Assembly (NCBI GenBank): GCA_002010065.2
Contig: MTMD02000014.1
Span: forward strand, 32,001 to 96,000
DNA: 64,000 bases
Direction: 5' to 3'
Source: Candidatus Pyrohabitans jungbluthii
GTDB lineage: Archaea; Hydrothermarchaeota; Hydrothermarchaeia; Hydrothermarchaeales; BMS3B
The stretch's first letter is position 1. Each line of letters opens with the position of its first letter. Of this stretch, positions 8,389-16,275 are shown one piece after another. The notes under the pieces were generated by a model. It ran no database searches. It was not told where the DNA came from and saw only the letters and a program-made list of their open reading frames with translations. The position numbers and the translations under genes were made by a program.

Positions 8389-10392
8389 ATGATGCGGGGA
8401 ATTTTCCTGTGCACCTGCGGGAGGCAGAACAAATTAAATTTTAAAAAACTTAAGAATAGGCTTTCAAACCAGGGAAAAACCGAGATTTACGACTATTTTT
8501 GCTCGCCGAAGGGCATGGAGTACATCGCCCACCTTGCTGAGCGCTGGGGATTGAGCAGTATATACATGGCTGCGTGCAGCGATAAAGCAGAGAGCTTCGA
8601 AAAGCTGGGCGAGGAAATAGATGTGCCCATATATACCATAAATATCCGCGAAACCTGTGGGTGGGTTCATGACAGAGAGGAGGCCACAGAAAAAGCGGCG
8701 CTTCTTGTTAAAAGCGCGATCGCGAGCGTTGAAGTCCAGCACGACGCCGCCCCTGTGGTGGTTGGTGGTAGAGAAGATGTGATTCTTGCCGGTGACTTTG
8801 AGAAGGCAAGAGAATTCGCCAACCTTCTTCCTGAGGATGTTAAGGTAAGAATGATTGCGAGAAGTGCTTCTCCGGAAGGGGTAGTGCAAGAGTTTCTTGC
8901 CGGTGAGATAAAGAGCATTTCTGGCGAATTTGGTGATTTTAAGGTAGGCTACGAGGTAGCGCCTATAGATTCGCGCACTTGCATAGGGTGCGGTAAATGC
9001 GAAGCTTCCTGCCCTGAGGGTGCAATCTCCCTGCTCACCTACTCCATCTCAGACTCCTGTACCCGCTGCGGCAAGTGCATTAAAGTGTGCCCGGTTGGTG
9101 CAATAAGCTTCGAGAACAGGGAGGCAATCGCAGAGGCGGGGCAGGTGGTAATCTTTGGCAACTGGATGGGCCCAAACAGGCATGGAATATTTCAGGTGAA
9201 GGGCGAGGGAGATTATGCGGAGGTGCTCTCCAAGCTCATCCCCGGGTTTTACAAGAGGGCTAAACCAAGGTACATCGAGGCGCGCCTTGAGCACTGCGCC
9301 AGTGGAAAGAGCACAATAGTGGGCTGTCAGTTTTGTGAAGCTTCCTGCCCGGAGGGTGCGGTGATAAGAGAGGGGGAGAGAATAAGATTTTCTGAAGTCT
9401 CGTGCGTCGGCTGCGGCGCCTGTGTAGCTGCATGTCCCCTCTCTGTGCCCGAGCTGGTAACTCTCCCACAGGCAGCCATCGATTCCCAGCTAACCCAGCT
9501 TCTCAGCAGCGATAAGATGAGAAAGAAGGTCATAGCCTTCACTTGCGAAAACCAGTGGGAGAAGCTGCTCGCTATGGGGAAGAAAGGGTTAAGCTACCCT
9601 CCTGTGCTTCCGCTACTCGTGCCGTGCATCGGCGCTTTGTCTATACCCAACCTGCTCTTACCCTTCGCAATGGGCGCTGACGGGGTTATTCTTCTGGGCT
9701 GCGGGGAGTGTCGCCACTCTTCCAGCACTCCCGCCGTGGGGTTCGTAACCAAGCTGCTTGAAGGTTACGGGATGCAAAACGCCCTGCTTGAGATCAGAGG
9801 CAGAACCCCTGAGGAAACAGCAGAAGCTATAAAGAGCTTTTATGGCAACCTCTCACCCTCGCCATTCGCTTCTGCCGGGAAAATTGACGGCAATCAGGTG
9901 CAGCGTGTGCTAAAAATACTCAAAGCTTTTTCCTCCTTTGATTTGCCAGAAATAAGAATACTCGACGAAAGGCTGCCCTTCGGCTATGCTGAAATTGCCC
10001 GAGAGAAATGCACCTTCTGCAACGCCTGCATCTCCATGTGTCCTACTTCTGCTCTTACTAAAGCAGACTCCAAGCTCGAGTTTTCCCATTCGAAGTGCAT
10101 AAACTGCAGGCTTTGTGAAAGGGCATGTCCTGAAGGTGCGATAAGGGTGGAGAGTGTATTTGACCTGAGGGAATACGTGGGTGGGGAGAAGAAGATGCTT
10201 GTGGAGGAGGAGATGCTCCCCTGCGAGGGCTGCGGCAGACGCGTAATTCCCAGAGGCATGCTTAGGAAGTCTGCTGAAAAGCTGGTTGATGCCGGCATAC
10301 CTGGGGATTCTCTTCAGATAAGGCTTCTTGAGTACTGCGAGCGCTGCCGGGGGAAGAAGGTGTTAGAGCTTTTGATGGAGGGTAGAATTTGA
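8389..10392 (+). CDS. Multi-Fe-S protein: HdrA N-terminal-like domain, ferredoxin repeats and MvhD-like domain
   Basis: FLCTCG, MAACS and NIRETCGWVH..EATEKA (HdrA-N); AFTC, VPCIG and GADGVILLGC (MvhD-like); multiple CxxCxxCxxxCP motifs. Confidence 0.8.
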   Translation: MMRGIFLCTCGRQNKLNFKKLKNRLSNQGKTEIYDYFCSPKGMEYIAHLAERWGLSSIYMAACSDKAESFEKLGEEIDVPIYTINIRETCGWVHDREEATEKAALLVKSAIASVEVQHDAAPVVVGGREDVILAGDFEKAREFANLLPEDVKVRMIARSASPEGVVQEFLAGEIKSISGEFGDFKVGYEVAPIDSRTCIGCGKCEASCPEGAISLLTYSISDSCTRCGKCIKVCPVGAISFENREAIAEAGQVVIFGNWMGPNRHGIFQVKGEGDYAEVLSKLIPGFYKRAKPRYIEARLEHCASGKSTIVGCQFCEASCPEGAVIREGERIRFSEVSCVGCGACVAACPLSVPELVTLPQAAIDSQLTQLLSSDKMRKKVIAFTCENQWEKLLAMGKKGLSYPPVLPLLVPCIGALSIPNLLLPFAMGADGVILLGCGECRHSSSTPAVGFVTKLLEGYGMQNALLEIRGRTPEETAEAIKSFYGNLSPSPFASAGKIDGNQVQRVLKILKAFSSFDLPEIRILDERLPFGYAEIAREKCTFCNACISMCPTSALTKADSKLEFSHSKCINCRLCERACPEGAIRVESVFDLREYVGGEKKMLVEEEMLPCEGCGRRVIPRGMLRKSAEKLVDAGIPGDSLQIRLLEYCERCRGKKVLELLMEGRI

Positions 10393-11030
10393 GAGAAATC
10401 ATGGAGTCGAGAAGGGACTTTTACTACTTTCTTTCGTGGCTATACCTGGAAGGACCTCCTCAGGAGCTTGTGGAAGACCTGATTAATGGAAAGTTTCAGC
10501 TTGAGCACAGAAACAAGGATATGCAGGAGGGGATTAGGATTTTAGAGGAATGGGCCACGAGCGTGGAGGATGTAAGGGAGGGCTATCTTAACGCTCAAGA
10601 CGAGTTTGCAAGGCTCTTTATTGGACCAGGGAAGCCGCTGGTATCGCCGTATCAGTCGGTTTACGAGGAGGGCGCACCCTACGGCAAAGCCACGCTGAGG
10701 ATGAAGGAGATATACGAAGAAGCTGAGGTGAGCAAGGGTACTGGGGTAAAAGAGCCTGAGGACCACGTGGGCATGGAGCTGGCGTTTATGGGCCTCCTCT
10801 GCAATAGAATTTCCTCGCTTGTGGATAGAAGCGAGATTCTGAGGAATTTGCACACTCAAAAGCAGTTCCTCAATGAGCAACTGCTTAGATGGGTGCCGAA
10901 GTTCTGTGAAGACCTCCTCAAGAGCGAGAGGGCCTTCTTCTATCGCGGTGTGGCGATGCTCACCCTTGGCTTCCTCGAAGAGGAGAAGCGCAACATAGAA
11001 CAACTAATCGCGAGCTATGAGCTTGAGTAG
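10389..11030 (+). CDS. TorD/DmsD-family redox enzyme maturation chaperone
   Basis: FARLFIGP, SPYQSVY and EPEDHVGMEL motifs. Confidence 0.93.
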   Translation: MREIMESRRDFYYFLSWLYLEGPPQELVEDLINGKFQLEHRNKDMQEGIRILEEWATSVEDVREGYLNAQDEFARLFIGPGKPLVSPYQSVYEEGAPYGKATLRMKEIYEEAEVSKGTGVKEPEDHVGMELAFMGLLCNRISSLVDRSEILRNLHTQKQFLNEQLLRWVPKFCEDLLKSERAFFYRGVAMLTLGFLEEEKRNIEQLIASYELE

Positions 11031-11031
11031 G

Positions 11032-11445
11032 CTATTCCACAAGCTTCCTATCGGTGCGGTAAACCAGCGCACTGCAGCTCGCCACAAGCCTAGCGTCCTG
11101 GTTTCTCACCTTTATCTCGTAGAGCCCTGTTTTGCGCGTGGTGTTTATCTCCCTCGCCTCGGCGCGCAACACATCCCCCTGCTTGGCTGGCGAGGTGTAG
11201 GTTACATTCATGCTCAGCGCCACGCTTACTATGCCCCGAGAGTTGCTCGCCAGCTCGAAGGCGGCGTCGATGAGGGCGAAGATGGCGCCGCCATGAGCGT
11301 AGCCGAAGATGTTCTCGTGCTCCTCACTCACCTTCATCTCCACCAGAGCGTAGCCCTCTTTCAGCTCCAGCAACCTTATTCCCAGCTTCTTTGCAAAGGG
11401 CTCCGCCTCGAACCTCTCCTTAAGAATCTCAATGACGTTGCTCAA
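11032..11445 (-). CDS. PaaI-family (hotdog-fold) thioesterase
   Basis: NIFGYAHGGAIFALID motif. Confidence 0.92.
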   Translation of the reverse strand: MSNVIEILKERFEAEPFAKKLGIRLLELKEGYALVEMKVSEEHENIFGYAHGGAIFALIDAAFELASNSRGIVSVALSMNVTYTSPAKQGDVLRAEAREINTTRKTGLYEIKVRNQDARLVASCSALVYRTDRKLVE

Positions 11446-11697
11446 GGCTGAACACCTCTTATAAGACTATACCCTCTCTATTTTTATGTTTAAGCCAGAA
11501 AAATCCGAATCTTCTCCTGAGAGTAGAGTTGCATCCATGCTTCTCCCACATCCTCTCTTAGCAGGGTAACCTGTACCTTACCGGTAATGCTGACAACTGT
11601 TCAAAGAATTAAAGAAGTAATAAATATTATCAAAAGAACTTAAAATTTATTAAGGGATTGCTGACTACTGATGCCCAATATTTGGAGAAGTGGAAAA

Positions 11698-12033
11698 ATG
11701 GCGGACAGACTAAAAGCCTACAGACAGAAAGAGGGGCACGAAAAAATAAGAGAAATTGGACATATCGACCTCTCCGATGCGGTATTAGCCGTAAGACAGT
11801 TGAAAATCTCCCCGGCAAATGTGGAAATTCCAGAGATGGTGGGAGTCCAGAGGGATAGAAGCTTTATTGAGTTCACAAAACTTGCGGATGGTGAGTATCA
11901 GGTAAGATACGAAAACCCCGGTGAAAAAGTATACCTGATAGGCAGTTTGCCGGAGCAAAAAGCCATTGATTGCCTCACAGATTTCTTCAAAGGCGAGCGG
12001 CCAAGGTGGTGTGATGAGCTCGAGGAATATTAA
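11698..12033 (+). CDS. Hypothetical protein
   Basis: ORF after an AT-rich promoter-like region; likely ATG at 11698. Confidence 0.65.
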   Translation: MADRLKAYRQKEGHEKIREIGHIDLSDAVLAVRQLKISPANVEIPEMVGVQRDRSFIEFTKLADGEYQVRYENPGEKVYLIGSLPEQKAIDCLTDFFKGERPRWCDELEEY

Positions 12034-12571
12034 AATAGTGCTGCTTCTCCTGATTTTACTTTCGGTGATTTCAGGCACGCTGCTTTATATTAAGTTTCAG
12101 AACCGGAAGTCTGATGCTTTGCTGCCAGAGAATGCGACAGTCTCCAATGGCCCATCCTATTTTCCCGAGCTGTACCTTAAGCCGGAACAGGTTAAAATTG
12201 AGCCAAATGAGACAGCGGTTGTCAATGTGGTTCTCGTAAATGGCTCAGCCGTAGCGGCTCTTGATATTGGTATTGAATACGACGGAAATGTGATCGAGGT
12301 GCTAAACGTCACCTCAAACTACAGCATTAATTATTCCACCGGCTATATACTCGACCACTTTCTTAAGAATGTCCTGGAGCTGGAAATATATCCTGAGAGA
12401 CCCATCGAAAATGGCAGCATAGTGGCAAGCATCGCCATACGAGGGGTGCGTGAGGGTAAGAGCGTTCTGAGCTTCTCTATCTTTTCCGAGCTGTACGATG
12501 AAAAAGGAAAGCCGATAAACAGGGGGCTTTTCGACATCGCGGAGGTTGTGGTGGGAAATGAGCAACTATGA
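12014..12571 (+). CDS. Membrane-anchored cohesin-like domain protein
   Basis: N-terminal TM helix, then a beta-sandwich pattern (VVNVVL, IGIEYDGNVIEVLNV, GSIVASIAIRGVREGKSVLSF, LYDEKGKPI). Confidence 0.7.
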   Translation: MSSRNIKIVLLLLILLSVISGTLLYIKFQNRKSDALLPENATVSNGPSYFPELYLKPEQVKIEPNETAVVNVVLVNGSAVAALDIGIEYDGNVIEVLNVTSNYSINYSTGYILDHFLKNVLELEIYPERPIENGSIVASIAIRGVREGKSVLSFSIFSELYDEKGKPINRGLFDIAEVVVGNEQL

Positions 12572-12589
12572 AGCCTCATCCAGTAACTC

Positions 12590-14263
12590 TTAGAGATAAT
12601 GCCCCTGGACAGTTGACTCGGCGCAAACATATCTTTCCATCTCCCTCACCTCCCCATTTTTAAGCACCATGTACTTCGCGTATATTAGCCTGTCCTTCCC
12701 CAGGCTCTTTCTGTAGAGCCTTTCAACGATGAAGCCTCCGGCTTCTTCTCTCGCAACGGTGTGGGATATCGGCGGCTCCCTCAGGATTTTGAGCTCTCCT
12801 CCCATCTTCTGAGCCTCTTCCCTCATATCCTGCAGGACCTTCTGAAGCTCTCCCTCATTTACCTCCCGGTGCTCCCTTCCGTACCAGGAATTTGAAGTTT
12901 CATGAACCACAAAGCGCACATAGTCTGCCGCCTCTTCCGGTGTATCTATGGGCGCAAACAGGAAGGATGCCTGCTCCCAGCCTTCCACGGCGAAGCCCAC
13001 GTTGTTGTATTCGGCGATGAGATAGCTGAGCTCATCCGCTCCGATGCGCTGGTAGATGGGTCTGATAAGCCTGAAGCCCTCTCTGAGCTTTAGGCTGGGG
13101 TAGCGCCTTTTAACACCCTCTTCCGTTGAAATTACCCCGAGACCCTCGGATATTTCAAACTCCTCGTCGAGGATTGGAACCTCCTCGCCGTTGATGATGA
13201 GGCGCTCCCTGAGACCGTCGTAGGTGACGTTGTGGGGTGGGAAGAACGCAGGAGCCCTCGCGTAGAAGCGGGACCAGACCTCAATGTTCACCAGATAGTT
13301 GCCCCTGACCTGCACAATGTCAAGAAGCGCCTCGCACCTGCTTTTAATCAGAGGCTCCAACCCTCTGCTCACTCTGAACAGGTCCTCAAAGGTGTAGAAG
13401 TTGCAGTGGTCTAAGGAATTATACGACTTGAAGTAGTATGCATTTGCCCCCCGGAGGGACATGCTACCCCTGTCCATCCACTCAAGCTCATAGAGGAGGC
13501 TGAACAGGGTAGAGGAGTATTTCTTCGGCAGGTATCCCTTCGCCAGCCTATTCCCATCTTCACCCGGCCTGAGCTTTCTGATGTAGACCCTCACCGCCTC
13601 TGCGACCTCTCCGTCCTCCTCACGCCAGTAGGTCACAAACCTCTCCCCTCTCTTGCCGCCGAAAAAGCTCTCCAACCCCTCTGTTGAATTTGGCGGCGCC
13701 TCAACGACGCCCTCTTCACCCTTTATCCAGCCTTCCGGCAAGTAAGAGAAGCGTATATCCCCGCCTTCAATGGTCACCCCTCTGGCTACCTCCATAGCCT
13801 CGGTTTCCAGTATGTCACCCTTTTTATCCTGAGAAATGTAGGGATCGAGGTTTACGGTGAGATTCCCGAACACTCCTTTATCTATGGCGATAAAAGGCGG
13901 TGAATAGATTATGAGCAGATTCTCCGGATATGTGAGCGAAATAACCCTTCTGTCACCCTCCTTCATGGGCATGATGTACTCACCTTCATCTTTTTGATTC
14001 ATAAGAATGAGACTGCGATAGCCGGTATCTGCCACAAAATCGCCCCAGTATATGTTCCTAAGCTTTGGTTCTATTTTCTCAACCTCAATTACCACGTCGT
14101 AGTATCCTGTGGCAGGGTTCTCCCGCACCTCAACAAGTTTGAATGTCACCTCGACAGGAGAGGGCGGCACCGGCGGGGATAAAACAATATACAAGAGCAG
14201 GGCAGAAATGACGACCACGAATACGCCAGCTACGCCAAGAACTATTTTTAGAGACTTTCTCAT
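12590..14263 (-). CDS. Membrane-anchored extracellular hypothetical protein
   Basis: N-terminal TM helix and Pro-rich linker; 557 aa; no recognised domain. Confidence 0.75.
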   Translation of the reverse strand: MRKSLKIVLGVAGVFVVVISALLLYIVLSPPVPPSPVEVTFKLVEVRENPATGYYDVVIEVEKIEPKLRNIYWGDFVADTGYRSLILMNQKDEGEYIMPMKEGDRRVISLTYPENLLIIYSPPFIAIDKGVFGNLTVNLDPYISQDKKGDILETEAMEVARGVTIEGGDIRFSYLPEGWIKGEEGVVEAPPNSTEGLESFFGGKRGERFVTYWREEDGEVAEAVRVYIRKLRPGEDGNRLAKGYLPKKYSSTLFSLLYELEWMDRGSMSLRGANAYYFKSYNSLDHCNFYTFEDLFRVSRGLEPLIKSRCEALLDIVQVRGNYLVNIEVWSRFYARAPAFFPPHNVTYDGLRERLIINGEEVPILDEEFEISEGLGVISTEEGVKRRYPSLKLREGFRLIRPIYQRIGADELSYLIAEYNNVGFAVEGWEQASFLFAPIDTPEEAADYVRFVVHETSNSWYGREHREVNEGELQKVLQDMREEAQKMGGELKILREPPISHTVAREEAGGFIVERLYRKSLGKDRLIYAKYMVLKNGEVREMERYVCAESTVQGHYL

Positions 14264-14316
14264 TATCTTATTCTCTCCTTCGGTTACAGCCTAAAGGAAG
14301 CGTAGAATTGGGCAAA

Positions 14317-14352
14317 CTACCATCCTCCGTCATCGCCGCCATCGCCCCAGTC
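14317..14352. repeat. 36-bp perfect inverted repeat, left arm (partner 16230-16265)
   Basis: ctaccatcctccgtcatcgccgccatcgccccagtc is the exact reverse complement of 16230-16265. Confidence 0.9.
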
Positions 14353-14985
14353 ACCATCATCGCCATCATCAGAGCCGCCGTAGCCGAAGGAGTCATCAAA
14401 GGCGGCGTCATCCGAATTTACATCCTCAAGTATTGAGCTGTAGTCCTCCTCCGGAATTGCGACAACCTCTGCAACCTCCGATTGAGAAACACCCTGCGGA
14501 AGGTCGTTGAGGTAGGACATAACAAATATTGGTGCTGCATACCGCATTGCATCGTCCTCATCTTCCCTGATGATTCTCCCTATTTTCTTCCTGTCCTCCT
14601 CAACAATTTTTTCTGCTTTGGGTGTCAGCTCATAGTACTTTTTCTTTCTAAAAAATCCCTTCTTCTTAACCCTGAGCAGGTCTCTTTTTATCAGCTTGTC
14701 GACAGTATTCCTGATGTAGGAGTGGGACTTTCGGACCATCTTTGCGATTATTTCCGTGTTGCTAATCCCGTGCTTCACCGCCATTAATACAGAAAGCTGT
14801 ACCGGGGGAAGCGAGCATTTGATTTTCTTTTTCTTCGTCTTCTTTGTAGATTTTTTAGATTTTGCCTTGACTTTCCTGTTAGCCTTGCTTAAAATTGATT
14901 GTCTGTACTTCCTTAAATCTTTGCCACAGTTAGAACAGAAATTGTGCTTCTCACCCACCTCTGCCCCGCATTCAGGGCAAAACAT
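14317..14985 (-). CDS. Zinc-ribbon + winged-helix protein with Asp/Gly tail (paralog A)
   Basis: CPECG...CSNCG, Lys-rich linker, wHTH ending YELTPK, tail GDWGDGGDDGGW; start moved to 14985. Confidence 0.8.
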   Translation of the reverse strand: MFCPECGAEVGEKHNFCSNCGKDLRKYRQSILSKANRKVKAKSKKSTKKTKKKKIKCSLPPVQLSVLMAVKHGISNTEIIAKMVRKSHSYIRNTVDKLIKRDLLRVKKKGFFRKKKYYELTPKAEKIVEEDRKKIGRIIREDEDDAMRYAAPIFVMSYLNDLPQGVSQSEVAEVVAIPEEDYSSILEDVNSDDAAFDDSFGYGGSDDGDDGDWGDGGDDGGW

Positions 14986-15179
14986 ATTATCCCCTCTGGT
15001 TATGTTGGTATTTATATTTTTCGCAAACTGTGGCGGCTGAGGGCGAATCGCATAAATTTGCGGCAAAAATCGAAGATATTGTGATTTTGCTGTAAAACTG
15101 CGCCAGTTGGATATTATTACTTGCACACATAAACCACAAACTATTTATATGACTAAAATTTTATAAGGATAAATTGAAC

Positions 15180-16265
15180 ATGTTCTGCTCTAATTGCGGA
15201 GTAGAAGTGGAGGAAACTGACAAATTTTGTTATAATTGCGGGCATAAACTAAAGGTTAGAGGCAGGGTTTCTAAGAGTGCTGGCGGGGAGGTGGAGAAGC
15301 AGGTCAGCAAGGCTAAATCTGCTAAATCTCCAGCTAGGGGTAAAGCTAAAAGTAAAATAAAGCTGAAGTGCTCAATTCAGGGGATGAACAAAAAATTCAA
15401 ACCCAACGGCTCCTACAGGCTTTACAGTCTCGGGAGGGTTTCCCTCGAGGAGGCTCTGGAGTATCTGAGAATGATGCCTGAAAAGGAGGACTTTCCGCCA
15501 AAACTTCTGAAGAGAATTAAGAATATGGAAGACGTGTGTGTGCCCCACTTAATCTTCTCAAACACCTACACCCTCACCTTTTTCACCTCAGACGGAGAGT
15601 CAATAGAGGTGATAACAGAAGACTTCACCGAACTTGCAGGATTTAAATTTAAAAGTAGCTCTGCCGAGCTAATAGCGGTTGACGTCAGCAGAGAGGAGGC
15701 AGAGGAGATATTGAAGGATTTCTTCTGGAGAGTTGAGAGGATAAAGGAACTGAAGCTGAGGCTCTCCCCGCTTCAGCTGTCGATAATGACAGCCATAGAC
15801 AATGGTGTAAGCAACTCGCACGCCATGGCTGCGGTTACTGGTGTGGGGCAGAGTGAGGTGAAGGATGAGATTAAGGAGCTGCTGGATAAGGATTACATTA
15901 AGCTCAGGAAGAAGGGCTTTATAAGGAAGAAGTACTGGTATGAGCTTACTCCGAAGGGTGAGAGCATACTTGCGAGGGACAGGAGGAAGGTTGAGAAGGC
16001 GGTGGCAGATGATGACAAGATGCTGAATAATTTTGCTGCCCTCTTCTGGATGATGTATGCCCTGCATGTCGTTCCTGATACCATCACCGGAGACCAGATC
16101 GTAGATGTCATAGGCGAACCCCCCGGAGAGGTGGAGGAAGTGGTCGCCGTGCCGGAGGACATGGCATACGACATCGACGTAGATGCAGGTGGAGATGGCG
16201 ACGATGGAGGCGATTATGGAGACGACGGAGACTGGGGCGATGGCGGCGATGACGGAGGATGGTAG
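15180..16265 (+). CDS. Zinc-ribbon + inserted domain + winged-helix protein with Asp/Gly tail (paralog B)
   Basis: CSNCG...CYNCG, about 130 extra residues, wHTH ending YELTPKG, tail GDWGDGGDDGGW. Confidence 0.8.
   Translation: MFCSNCGVEVEETDKFCYNCGHKLKVRGRVSKSAGGEVEKQVSKAKSAKSPARGKAKSKIKLKCSIQGMNKKFKPNGSYRLYSLGRVSLEEALEYLRMMPEKEDFPPKLLKRIKNMEDVCVPHLIFSNTYTLTFFTSDGESIEVITEDFTELAGFKFKSSSAELIAVDVSREEAEEILKDFFWRVERIKELKLRLSPLQLSIMTAIDNGVSNSHAMAAVTGVGQSEVKDEIKELLDKDYIKLRKKGFIRKKYWYELTPKGESILARDRRKVEKAVADDDKMLNNFAALFWMMYALHVVPDTITGDQIVDVIGEPPGEVEEVVAVPEDMAYDIDVDAGGDGDDGGDYGDDGDWGDGGDDGGW
16230..16265. repeat. 36-bp perfect inverted repeat, right arm
   Basis: gactggggcgatggcggcgatgacggaggatggtag, ending exactly at the stop codon. 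Confidence 0.9.
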
Positions 16266-16275
16266 AGAAGCAGGG

